A stretch of DNA of 64,000 bases from a bacterium (GTDB taxonomy: Bacteria; J088; JAWLBW01): contig JAWLHK010000019.1 in NCBI GenBank assembly GCA_041690355.1, positions 1 through 64,000 of the forward strand. Reading direction: 5' to 3'. Every line of letters starts with the position of its first letter. Position 1 is the first letter of the stretch. Both the position numbers and the translations under genes were made by a program. Positions 18,427-27,591 of the stretch are shown here, piece by piece. Under the pieces are notes generated by a model. It was not told where the DNA came from, searched no databases, and saw only the letters and a list, made by a program, of their open reading frames with translations.

Positions 18427-19652
18427 CGCTGCAGACCACCTGACGCAGGCGTGAAAGCTGCCTGCCGCGGGGCCGACCTGGCGAACGAAAGCAGAAGTGC
18501 AAACATCGCAAAGTACATTTCCTTAGGGCTCGTCAGATTGCCGCTGAACATCGCATTGAACATCGAGTAGAAGAAAAGCGCAGCGAGAAATTGCGGCGCG
18601 CCCATCAGGTTGACCTTACGTCCGAGCACGTGCAGGCCCGCGACGCCTGCCAGGGCGAGCATTGAAAACAGAAACATAGAAAACGGCCATCCAAGTTCCA
18701 CCAGACTTTCGAGCGCGATGTTATGCGGATAGGCATGCCTGGAATGGGTCGCAAAGGACCCGATCCCTCTTCCAAGGGGCTGCCCGAGAAACAGATCCCC
18801 CGACATCGAGAGCATATGCAGGCGGTCGGAGTCGCTCGCCGTGAACTCGCCCGTGACGAATGAGCCGACCCGTTCTGCAAAAACCGGGGGAAGAAGGGGG
18901 ATTACGATAAGGGCTGCAATCCCGGCGACGGCGGCCGACTTCACCAGCAGGGACGGGCGCGTCCAGGCTCGGGCCAGCAGAAAAATCCCCATGGTAAGCA
19001 CGAGTGCAACCAGCGGGCCGCGCGATCCCGAAAGGAGAATCACGAGCATCCCGGCGGCAGCGAGCGGAAGGACCAGAGCCCAGGATGTTCTGCGAAATCC
19101 GTGCAGAAACTGAAAGAGCACGAACGTGCCCGCGGCCCGGGCAATCCAAATGGGATTGCCCCCCTCGCCCGAGAGCCGCTCTTCGCCCATCGAACCCCGT
19201 GAAAGACCGAGAAGGAGTGCGCCGAGAACGACCAGCCCTGCAAACCAAACGATCATGCGGATGGTGGCGCTCACCATCCACGGGCGCGATGATGCATAGC
19301 TGGCCGCGAAGGCGGCAAAGACAAGGACCAGGATCAGGGCCAGCGCTTTGCCCGGATTCGCCACGCCGTGGGTGAGGTGAGGAAGGAGCCCGAGGCCAAC
19401 GAAGGCCAGGACCAGAACGGATACAAGTACGAGGTTTACCAGAAACCGCTCGTTGACATCGGCGGTCACCATCAGGGCAAAAAGGAATACCAGGCCAATC
19501 TGAGGCCCGAGATATTCACCCTCGCCAAGGAGCCACGGGAGAAAACCCGAATAGAAAAAGGCACAAAGGAACAGCGCCGCCATCGTCTGAAAGACCGCCG
19601 CTGGCAGGCTGGCCGAGCGGGCGGGTTCCATCGCGTCTGCCGAAAGCGCCAT
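18423..19652 (-). CDS. O-antigen ligase/polymerase family (Wzy_C) protein, likely Wzy
   Basis: About 11 TM segments; NPIWIAR, LSGSRGPLVA, PLGRGIGSF, YPHNIALESLVELG. Confidence 0.85.
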   Translation of the reverse strand: MALSADAMEPARSASLPAAVFQTMAALFLCAFFYSGFLPWLLGEGEYLGPQIGLVFLFALMVTADVNERFLVNLVLVSVLVLAFVGLGLLPHLTHGVANPGKALALILVLVFAAFAASYASSRPWMVSATIRMIVWFAGLVVLGALLLGLSRGSMGEERLSGEGGNPIWIARAAGTFVLFQFLHGFRRTSWALVLPLAAAGMLVILLSGSRGPLVALVLTMGIFLLARAWTRPSLLVKSAAVAGIAALIVIPLLPPVFAERVGSFVTGEFTASDSDRLHMLSMSGDLFLGQPLGRGIGSFATHSRHAYPHNIALESLVELGWPFSMFLFSMLALAGVAGLHVLGRKVNLMGAPQFLAALFFYSMFNAMFSGNLTSPKEMYFAMFALLLSFARSAPRQAAFTPASGGLQR

Positions 19653-19661
19653 AAAACGCCC

Positions 19662-20183
19662 TCACTTTTCGGCAGCGACGGTAATACCCGTCTTCTGAAA
19701 GTAATCGCGCACGTCGCCGACGATCTGACCCGGCGAGCCGATCAGAATTTTATAGTCCGGAACCTCTCCGCGAACGACGGTGCCTGCACCGATGATGCAG
19801 CATCTGCCGATCCTGCAGCCCGGCATCAGAATCGTCCCCGTACCGACGAACGAATAGTCGCCGATGCTGATCCCCTTGATACGGCCGAGCGGCGCATCCT
19901 GTTTGACGTCGAAGCCCTTTGCGACCGTGTGCAGCGCCCAGTCATGCGTCAGGACGCGAATGAAGCTCGACATGGTGACTTCGTTTCCAATTTCGATGAG
20001 CGAGTAATCGGTACCATCGATCCAGATCTTGGATGACAGGTAATTCGGGCGCCCGTTAAAGCGCATACCCCAACGTCCGTAGAAGAAGATCGACAGCGCC
20101 GTCGACCAGCGCGGGCGGATGTAAGAGGTCAAGCGAATGAGCGTGAACGCGATCGCTTTTTCGATTTTCGAAACCTTGGCCAT
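19662..20183 (-). CDS. Hexapeptide-repeat acyltransferase
   Basis: IEIGNEVTMS..VLTHD, ISIGDYSFVGTGTILMPGCRIGRCCIIGAGTVV, GSPG. Confidence 0.9.
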   Translation of the reverse strand: MAKVSKIEKAIAFTLIRLTSYIRPRWSTALSIFFYGRWGMRFNGRPNYLSSKIWIDGTDYSLIEIGNEVTMSSFIRVLTHDWALHTVAKGFDVKQDAPLGRIKGISIGDYSFVGTGTILMPGCRIGRCCIIGAGTVVRGEVPDYKILIGSPGQIVGDVRDYFQKTGITVAAEK

Positions 20184-20186
20184 CCG

Positions 20187-21296
20187 TTACTGCTCCTTTT
20201 CGATCCGCTCTCGGATCCTGCCCAGTCCGTCTTCGAAATACCCGTGCCTGTCCGCAAGGGTCTGCACCGCCTCTCGCATGGCGGCAAGCCGCCCTCGATC
20301 ATGCGCGACGCCTCTCAGAAACTCGGCAAGCCCTGCCGTATCTTCATAAGCATGCGCTGCGGCGGCGCCTGCGGCCATGAGAAACCGCGCGGTCTCCACT
20401 TCCCTGTTCACGAGAACGGGCACACCCAGGACCATGGCGTCGCCCCACTTGTTCGCCTCGGCGTACCGGTTGATGGGAACTTTAGGATCGTAGTAGGTGA
20501 ACACGAAGTCTGCAACTTGATACCAGGCCAGCGCCGTGCGGTTCGGCAGCTCGCCGAGATACGTGACGTTCGGGAGCGCAACGAATTCCCGCGCGGCATC
20601 ACAGTCGACACGGCCGGCGGCGATGAACCGGATCGGCTCTCCCTCGAGCCTGCGGGCCGCATCCAGAACGGGGCCCATGCCGCGACCGTCACCGAGCCAG
20701 CCGTTGACGTATACGCAGAGATCGCCCCCTGAGTCCCAGTTCTCGGGAAGGGGAAGCCCATCGACTTCGACCTTGCTCGGCATGTTTTTCAGCACGAAGA
20801 ATTTCGACGAAGAGTAGTCGTAGCGTTCCTCACCCGGAATGATGTGCATCAGCGAACGCTCTGAGGCCTGAACCTCCAGTGCGCGCACCACCTTGTACAG
20901 TGGACGGGGAAAAGTGCGAAGGAGCAGAAAGCGATCGGCGTCGTCAAAGATGACCTTGAACCCTTTCACCCTCGCCGCAAGAACGGCGGGGAGCGCCGTC
21001 TCGAGCCCGAGGGCCCAGACAACCGTGTCTGCAGGCAGCTTCAAGGCGTGCTGCAGGACTCGAAGACCCCACAGCGGGTAACGCGCACGGGCCGCAGATG
21101 CAGAGTACCCACCCCCACGAAGAAGAATGCGATCCGACGCGCCAGCCTGAGCAGGTTCCGCCTCACCTGGAAGACGCTCCCAACCCCAGAACGCTATCGA
21201 ATACCCTCGCTCTCCGAAGTATCGCGCGATCTTGGTCAACCGCGTCCGTTTCCGGATGGCCGGCAGAGGAGCAATGATCACCATTCGTTTCTTCAT
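20187..21296 (-). CDS. GT-B glycosyltransferase (family 4-like)
   Basis: WGWER, IFDDAD, YVNGWLGDGRG, VTYLGEL, YDPKVPINRYAEANKWGDAMVLGVPVL. Confidence 0.8.
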   Translation of the reverse strand: MKKRMVIIAPLPAIRKRTRLTKIARYFGERGYSIAFWGWERLPGEAEPAQAGASDRILLRGGGYSASAARARYPLWGLRVLQHALKLPADTVVWALGLETALPAVLAARVKGFKVIFDDADRFLLLRTFPRPLYKVVRALEVQASERSLMHIIPGEERYDYSSSKFFVLKNMPSKVEVDGLPLPENWDSGGDLCVYVNGWLGDGRGMGPVLDAARRLEGEPIRFIAAGRVDCDAAREFVALPNVTYLGELPNRTALAWYQVADFVFTYYDPKVPINRYAEANKWGDAMVLGVPVLVNREVETARFLMAAGAAAAHAYEDTAGLAEFLRGVAHDRGRLAAMREAVQTLADRHGYFEDGLGRIRERIEKEQ

Positions 21297-22546
21297 GACG
21301 CCACCTGGTGCCTGAGCATGCGGAACGCGAGATAAGAGCCCCCTCCGGCGCGCAAGGTCCAGTTCAGGACGCTTGCAGCCAGCACGACGGCCGCCCCGCC
21401 GAGCGGAGACCAGCGCTGCGAGAGAACGATCACGAACGCAAAGCCGATCAGCCCGAGGATCTGCAGACCGAGAAAGGCGGTCAGCTCGCCACGCGATCCG
21501 CGCATGCCGAGCAGAGACGAGGGAAAGAGATAGATGCTGCGCAGAAAGCCAACGCCAAGCACGAGCCCGGTCAAAACGGGATCGAGCGCGTACTTACCGT
21601 CAAAGAGAACGGTGAACGCCAGACTTCCCACCCCGAGCGAGAGGATAAGCAACAGCAACGAGCCTGAGACAATGAGCAGAAACAATCGTTGCGCCGTGGC
21701 GACCGAAAGCTGCTTCATGTCACGCATGTAGGGCTGCACGAGGTAGCCGAGAAATCCGTTCAGAAAGATGAGCATCGGAGTAAATACCGAAAAGTGGGCG
21801 AGAAGCGCCGCCGCACCATGCTCGTCGCCCAGCCACCCAAGCACGAGCTGTTCGCCGTTGACCGAAAAAGCAAGCGTCGCGCTGAACAGAAAGAAGTAGG
21901 ATCCTTCCTTGTAGGCCTCCCGAACCGGCATGGGCTTGCTCCGGGCATAGAACGCCGCTGTTCTTCGCGTGGCCCTCTCACCCGCGAGACCGATGAGCAG
22001 CGCGACGAGAATCGACCCCAGGAGGCTGTCGTAGAGGCTGATCGTGCCGGTGAGATAGAACGTACCTGCGCCGAACAGCAGGAAGAAAAATTTCCATCCG
22101 TTCAACGCCAGCTGCCCTTGCGCAAACTGCTTCGCGCCGCGGAACATGGCTGAAAAGGCGACCAGCGCAGTGGTAAAGAAGAGCAGCGACGCCATCTCCC
22201 AGACCGAGAAGGAAGAATGCGAACGGGCCGCAATCCCCCAGGAAACAGGGATGGCGATGAGCGCGATCTGGATCAGGACAAGCGGCCCCAGGGTTCGAAA
22301 AGCGTCGGGTCTGCGGACGAGCACTTGATCGAGACCGAAAATACAGAAGCCTGCGGCGGTGAAGATCGAGGACTTCAGGTAGGCCCAGCTGGCCGCCTGC
22401 GAGACCGAAAGGGAACGCGCCGCGAAAAGGTCGAACAGGGCAATACCCAGGAGACCCAGGAAATAAATGGCGAACGGCACCGAGGCGACGCGGAAGGCAG
22501 AGCGCAGGCGACCGCGGGATAGCTGGAGACGGGCGAGAAAAGACAT
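21293..22546 (-). CDS. Polysaccharide flippase-like (Wzx/MATE) membrane protein
   Basis: About 12 TM segments, FGLDQVLVR motif, first gene of the glycan operon; start reassigned to ATG 22546 because the longer ORF overlaps the divergent gene. Confidence 0.7.
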   Translation of the reverse strand: MSFLARLQLSRGRLRSAFRVASVPFAIYFLGLLGIALFDLFAARSLSVSQAASWAYLKSSIFTAAGFCIFGLDQVLVRRPDAFRTLGPLVLIQIALIAIPVSWGIAARSHSSFSVWEMASLLFFTTALVAFSAMFRGAKQFAQGQLALNGWKFFFLLFGAGTFYLTGTISLYDSLLGSILVALLIGLAGERATRRTAAFYARSKPMPVREAYKEGSYFFLFSATLAFSVNGEQLVLGWLGDEHGAAALLAHFSVFTPMLIFLNGFLGYLVQPYMRDMKQLSVATAQRLFLLIVSGSLLLLILSLGVGSLAFTVLFDGKYALDPVLTGLVLGVGFLRSIYLFPSSLLGMRGSRGELTAFLGLQILGLIGFAFVIVLSQRWSPLGGAAVVLAASVLNWTLRAGGGSYLAFRMLRHQVAS

Positions 22547-22663
22547 GCCGGATAATGAGGATTCAGTGTGCCGCAGCGGGCGCAAGGACCGCAAGTAGAG
22601 CGACCCCGTGCCCCGCCCGAGGCTTGCGCCTGACAAACCGAGGCGCCGCCCCGACGGCGCCTT

Positions 22664-22692
22664 TTGACAACCAGCCGCCGGCCCCGTAAACT
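22664..22692 (+). promoter_or_regulatory. Sigma70 promoter giving a probable leaderless transcript
   Basis: TTGACA-17 nt-TAAACT, 8 nt before ATG 22701; no Shine-Dalgarno. Confidence 0.65.
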
Positions 22693-22700
22693 GCCTGCTT

Positions 22701-24146
22701 ATGGCGGATATCGAACAGTTCAAGCGGGAGGCCGAGGCCAGCGTCGCGCAGGGCGACCACGCCAAGGCGGTGGAGCTTTACATGCGGCTGGCCGCGGCAG
22801 AGCCGGGCGAGGCCGCCCACCGGGTCACGATTGCCGAGCAGCTGCTCAAGCTGAACCGCATGCCCGAGGCCATTCAGTGGTACGAGAAGGCTGCGAAGCG
22901 GTATGCCGCCCAGGGGCTTCTGCCCAAGGCCGTGACCGTCGCGAAGATGATTCTCTACCTCGACCCGGAGCACCGCCAGACGCAGGAGCTGCTCTCGGCC
23001 CTGTATGCCCGCAAGGAAGGTTCTGTCGTGCTGCCCGCCGCCGCGCCGGAGCCGCCCCCCGTACCGGCACGCCCGAAGCCCGTCGCCGAAGACGGCCCCG
23101 CCCTCTCGCTGGAGCTGCTCGACGAGTTCGAGCCCCCGCCCGAGACCGACTCCTACTTCTTCGGCGCCGGAGCCGATGCCCTCTACGACGCCGAGGGGAG
23201 CGAAGAGGTCGTCATCCTCGACGACGATGACGAGTCCGACGAAATCGTGCTCGGCGAGGCCGAAATCGAAATCCTCCAGGAAGAAGAGGAATTCGCGGAG
23301 CTCGAAGTTCTCGATCCCGAAGCGCCCCGCCCCTCGGCCGAGGAGCTCATCTCCCGGCTCCCCCGTGTACCGGTATTCTCCGATCTGAATCGGGCCGAGT
23401 TCGAGCGACTCATCGACCACGTCGAGGTGCGCCGTTATGAAACCGGAGACGCCGTGCTTCGCGAAGGCGACCGCAGCGACGCCTTCTATATCGTGACCGG
23501 CGGCACCGCGCGGGTCGTCAAGAAGGACTTTTCGGGCCGGGAACTCGAACTGGCGACCCTGGGCGAGAACAGCGTCTTCGGCGAATTCGCCTACCTGTCG
23601 CGGGCGCCCCGTAACGCGTCGGTTCTCGCCTCGGAGCCGCTGGAGGTGCTGGAATTCTCCCGCGAGACGCTCGATCGGCTGTGCGCCGAGCATCCCCGCG
23701 TCAAGGCCGTGCTCAAGAAGCTCTATCGCGACCGCGTGCTGCACAATCTGCTCTCCATCTGCCCGCTCTTCAGCGGCATGGAGGCCCGCAAGCGCCGGGC
23801 GCTGTTGAAAGCGTTCACCTATCTGCCGGTCTCGCCCGGCAAGGTCATTCTGCGCGAAGCAGAACCGGGAGCCGGGCTCTACGTCATCGCCCGCGGCGAA
23901 GTGGCCGTGCACACCCGGGCCGCCGGCGAGCTCGCCCGTCTGCGCGAGGGGGATTTCTTCGGCGAAATGTCGCTGCTGTCGGGCGCCCCCGCGTCGGCCA
24001 CGGTGACGGCGACCGGCAGAACCGGCCTCGTGCGCCTGGCCCCCGAGGCCTACGAGAAGATCGAACCCGATTTTCCCGATGTCGTGGCCACCCTGCGCCG
24101 GGTGGCCGACGCGCGCCGCAAGGCAAACGCCGGCCGAACGGCCTGA
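22701..24146 (+). CDS. TPR + acidic linker + tandem cyclic-nucleotide-binding domain protein
   Basis: N-terminal TPR helices; FGEFAYLSRAPRNASV (intact cassette) and FGEMSLLSGAPASATV (Arg absent). Confidence 0.9.
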   Translation: MADIEQFKREAEASVAQGDHAKAVELYMRLAAAEPGEAAHRVTIAEQLLKLNRMPEAIQWYEKAAKRYAAQGLLPKAVTVAKMILYLDPEHRQTQELLSALYARKEGSVVLPAAAPEPPPVPARPKPVAEDGPALSLELLDEFEPPPETDSYFFGAGADALYDAEGSEEVVILDDDDESDEIVLGEAEIEILQEEEEFAELEVLDPEAPRPSAEELISRLPRVPVFSDLNRAEFERLIDHVEVRRYETGDAVLREGDRSDAFYIVTGGTARVVKKDFSGRELELATLGENSVFGEFAYLSRAPRNASVLASEPLEVLEFSRETLDRLCAEHPRVKAVLKKLYRDRVLHNLLSICPLFSGMEARKRRALLKAFTYLPVSPGKVILREAEPGAGLYVIARGEVAVHTRAAGELARLREGDFFGEMSLLSGAPASATVTATGRTGLVRLAPEAYEKIEPDFPDVVATLRRVADARRKANAGRTA

Positions 24147-24202
24147 GCGCTCTGCCTGCCCGGCCCATGCCCAGCTAAGCGGCTGAAATCAAACCGTGTT
24201 TG

Positions 24203-24227
24203 TGGTATGCTGTTCCCTGGCATACCA
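24203..24227. promoter_or_regulatory. Inverted repeat overlapping an extended -10 box (candidate operator)
   Basis: TGGTATGC-N9-GCATACCA; contains TGGTATGCT and ends on the A of ATG 24227. Confidence 0.45.
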
Positions 24228-27200
24228 TGCGCAACAAGCCGGTATCAGAGGGAGGCGGACTCGTTGCGGGCCCTACGGATCTGCTCCGTCCCGGGCTCTC
24301 GCTGCTGCGCGCCGTTTTTCTGTCGGTGACCCCCGAAGGGCGCATCGTGCAGGTCGAGGGTGACGGCGCGCCGCTGGGCCTTCCCTCCCCTTTCCCGGCC
24401 GACGGTCTCGCGCTGATTGAAGCGCTGCCCTCGCTCGACCGCTTTCCCGCCCTGCCCGCCCGGGTCACGGTCGGCGGGGCGCTCTGGCGCGTCCAGAGCA
24501 CGCTGCAGCCCGAGGGGCTGTATCTGATCGCCCTGCAGGAAGCCGACGTGCTTGCCGGAATCCCCTTCGAAGGGGCCGCCGTCGTCGTGAACGGGCGCAT
24601 CAGTCAGGTCAATCCGGCGCTCTGCGAGCTGCTTTCCTGCGACGGCACCGGGCTGCTCGGCCGTTCGCCCACCGAGCTGATTCCACCCACCCGCCAGGCC
24701 GAGTTCCTGCGGCGTCTGGCCCAGGCCGACGAGGCGCCGTGGGAGACCGAGGTGCGCAACCGGCAGGGAGACGAGTTTCACGCCGAAGTGCGCTTCCGCC
24801 GTGTTCCGCTGCTTGGCAGGGAGGCGCGCGGCTTCACCGTGCGCGACATCAGCGCCCGCATCGAGGCGAACCGCGCCCGCAACGAAAGCGACCGGCTCTA
24901 CAGCGAGCTGTTCGAGAACGCCAACGACTTCATCTACGTCCACGACCTGCGCGGCGTCATCACCGACATCAACCCGGCGGCCCTGCGCATCATGGGCTAT
25001 ACCCGCGAAGAAGCCATCGGCCGCAACCTGCTCGACATCATCGTGCCCGAACACGTCGAGCTGGCCCGGCGCATGACGACCATGAAACTGCGCTCGCGGG
25101 GCGAGCACACGGTGAACTACGAAATCGACGTGCTCACCAAGGACGGCCGGCGTATCTCGCTCGAGCTGAACACGCGCCTCATTCACCGCGCGGGGGGACG
25201 CACCGTTTTCCAGGGAATCGGCCGCGACATCACCGAGCGCAAGCGCATCGAAGCCGAACTGAAGTTCCGCCTCGAATTCGAAGAGCTGATCACGAGCATC
25301 TCTACCTACCTCATCAACCTGCAGCCGGGCGAGAGCACCCGCGGCATTCAGGAAGCCCTGCAGGCGATCGGCGAGTTCGCCTCGATCGACCGCGCCTACG
25401 TGCTGCTCGTGAACCCCGACGAAGACGTCTTCACCCAGGCCATCGAGTGGACCGGCGCCGGCGTGACCCCGCGCCTGGCCGAGATCGCCGGCACGCCGCT
25501 CTACGAAAGCCCCTGGCTCGCCGCGCAACTGGAGACCCTTTCGGCCGTGCGTCTGGCCGACGTGGCCGATCTGCCCGACGTCGCGACCGCCGAGCGCATG
25601 CGCCTGCAGTACCACGGAACCCGCTCGATGGTCGGCGTGCCGCTCATTGTCGGCAGCACGCTCGTGGGCTACCTCGGCATCGAGACGGTGCACCAGGGGC
25701 GCCCCTGGAGCGAAGACATGGTGGCCCTGCTGCGCATCGTGGGCGAGATCTTCGTCAATGCGCTGCAGCGCGACCGCACGCACGTCGCCCTCATCGAGAG
25801 CGAACAGCGCTACAAGCTCGCCGCGCGCGGCGCCAACGACGGCCTGTGGGACTGGGATCTGCAGAGCAACCGCATCTACTACTCCGAACGCTGGAAGTCG
25901 ATGCTCGGCTACGCCGAAGCCGAGGTTTCCGACGCGCCGAACGAGTGGCTGCAGCGCGTGCATCCCGACGACATCGCGCGGCTGCAGCTCGATCTGAAGC
26001 ATCACTTGGACGGTGAAACCAGCCACTTCGAGAACGAGCACCGCATTCTCCACCGCGACGGCACCTACCGCTGGATGCTCAGCCGCGGCCTCGCCGTGCG
26101 CGACCCCGACGACCGGGCGACGCGCATGGCCGGTTCGCAGACCGACATCACGCACCGGAAGGAGTTCGAAGAGCGCCTGCTGCACGATGCGCTGCACGAT
26201 CCGCTTACGTCGCTGCCCAACCGCGCCCTGTTTCTCGATCGGCTCGAACGCTGCATGCAGCGGGGGCGCTTCAACGCCGAGTACCTGTTCGCGGTGCTTT
26301 TTCTCGATTTCGATCGCTTCAAGATCGTCAACGACAGCCTGGGCCACGCCACCGGCGACCAGTTTCTCATCGCGCTCTCGGCGCGGCTGCAGGCCTGCAT
26401 GCGCCCGAACGACACGGTGGCGCGCCTGGGCGGCGACGAATTCGCGATTCTCATCGACGATCTGGGCGAGCGCGACGACGCCCTGCGCCTGGCCGAGCGC
26501 ATTCAGGACGATCTCTCGCGCCCGATTCTGCTCGAGGGGCAGGAGGTCTTCACGACCGTCTCCATCGGCATCGCCTATCACGCTGACGGATACCTGCACC
26601 CCGAAGAGCTGCTGCGCGACGCCGACACGGCCATGTACCGGGCGAAAAGCCTCGGCAAGGCGCGGCACGTGGTCTTCGACGCCGGCATGCGCGTGCAGGC
26701 GCTCGAACGCCTGCGGCTCGAGACCGATCTGCGCTGGGCGGCCGAGCGCGGCGATTTCCGCCTCTATTACCAGCCCATCATTCACCTCGAGAGCGGCCGC
26801 ATCGCCGGCTTCGAGGCGCTGCTGCGGTGGAACCATCCACAGCGGGGCATGATTCCGGCGCCGGAGTTCATTCCGGTCGTCGAAGAGACGGGGCTCATCC
26901 AGCAGGTCGGCCAGTGGGTGCTGCAGGAAGCCTGCCGGCAGCTCGGGCACTGGCAGAGTGTCTACCCGGCAGAGACACCGCTGACGATGAGCGTCAACCT
27001 CTCGCCCCGGCAATTTGCGCAGCCCGACTTTCTCGAGCGTCTGACGAACACGCTCGACGGCGCGCCGATTGCGCGCGGCAGCCTGAAGCTCGAAATCACC
27101 GAAAGCTTCCTCATGGATCACGCGGGGGACATCTCCCGCATTCTGAACGAACTCAAGGCCCGCGACGTGCACCTGCACATCGACGACTTCGGCACCGGAT

Positions 27201-27487
27201 ATTCGTCTCTCGCCTACCTGCACCGGTTTCCCGTCGACGCCCTCAAGATCGACCGCAGCTTCATCCGCGGCATCGAGAGCGAGGGGAACAATACGGAGCT
27301 CGTGCGCACGATCCTCAGCCTGGGTTCGGCGCTCAAGATGGACGTCATTGCCGAGGGGGTCGAGACCGAGGGGCAACTGGCGACGCTGCGCCGGCTGGGC
27401 TGCCCCTACGCCCAGGGATTTCTCTTCTCCTTCCCCATCGAGGCGGGCAGCATCGAAACGCTGCTCACGCAGGCACCGACCTGGTAG
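24227..27487 (+). CDS. PAS-PAS-GAF-PAS-GGDEF-EAL diguanylate cyclase/phosphodiesterase
   Basis: HDPLTSLPNR, RPND I-site + ARLGGDEF, GFEALLRW, IDDFGTGYSSL, KIDRSF, AEGVET; exact start uncertain. Confidence 0.95.
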   Translation: MRNKPVSEGGGLVAGPTDLLRPGLSLLRAVFLSVTPEGRIVQVEGDGAPLGLPSPFPADGLALIEALPSLDRFPALPARVTVGGALWRVQSTLQPEGLYLIALQEADVLAGIPFEGAAVVVNGRISQVNPALCELLSCDGTGLLGRSPTELIPPTRQAEFLRRLAQADEAPWETEVRNRQGDEFHAEVRFRRVPLLGREARGFTVRDISARIEANRARNESDRLYSELFENANDFIYVHDLRGVITDINPAALRIMGYTREEAIGRNLLDIIVPEHVELARRMTTMKLRSRGEHTVNYEIDVLTKDGRRISLELNTRLIHRAGGRTVFQGIGRDITERKRIEAELKFRLEFEELITSISTYLINLQPGESTRGIQEALQAIGEFASIDRAYVLLVNPDEDVFTQAIEWTGAGVTPRLAEIAGTPLYESPWLAAQLETLSAVRLADVADLPDVATAERMRLQYHGTRSMVGVPLIVGSTLVGYLGIETVHQGRPWSEDMVALLRIVGEIFVNALQRDRTHVALIESEQRYKLAARGANDGLWDWDLQSNRIYYSERWKSMLGYAEAEVSDAPNEWLQRVHPDDIARLQLDLKHHLDGETSHFENEHRILHRDGTYRWMLSRGLAVRDPDDRATRMAGSQTDITHRKEFEERLLHDALHDPLTSLPNRALFLDRLERCMQRGRFNAEYLFAVLFLDFDRFKIVNDSLGHATGDQFLIALSARLQACMRPNDTVARLGGDEFAILIDDLGERDDALRLAERIQDDLSRPILLEGQEVFTTVSIGIAYHADGYLHPEELLRDADTAMYRAKSLGKARHVVFDAGMRVQALERLRLETDLRWAAERGDFRLYYQPIIHLESGRIAGFEALLRWNHPQRGMIPAPEFIPVVEETGLIQQVGQWVLQEACRQLGHWQSVYPAETPLTMSVNLSPRQFAQPDFLERLTNTLDGAPIARGSLKLEITESFLMDHAGDISRILNELKARDVHLHIDDFGTGYSSLAYLHRFPVDALKIDRSFIRGIESEGNNTELVRTILSLGSALKMDVIAEGVETEGQLATLRRLGCPYAQGFLFSFPIEAGSIETLLTQAPTW

Positions 27488-27493
27488 CGCGAA

Positions 27494-27521
27494 TTGACGA
27501 TTTACGACTGACGATTGACGA
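27494..27521. repeat. 7-bp tandem repeat (TTGACGA)x4
   Basis: TTGACGA TTTACGA CTGACGA TTGACGA, directly after the GGDEF/EAL stop. Confidence 0.8.
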
Positions 27522-27532
27522 TTTGCCTTCAG

Positions 27533-27554
27533 GCACCGGAATCAGCATCGGTGC
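27533..27554. terminator. Hairpin between convergent genes
   Basis: GCACCG-N10-CGGTGC between two heptamer arrays; no strong U tract. Confidence 0.3.
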
Positions 27555-27578
27555 TTAGTGCTTAGCGCTCAGCGCTTG
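27551..27578. repeat. 7-bp tandem repeat (GYGCTYA)x4
   Basis: GTGCTTA GTGCTTA GCGCTCA GCGCTTG, downstream of the thermonuclease stop. Confidence 0.8.
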
Positions 27579-27591
27579 GCGATTCGCGCCT

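Noticed and set aside
6918-27578. Short tandem arrays as CRISPR repeats
   Set aside because: Units are 7-9 bp with no spacers, and there are no cas genes in the window
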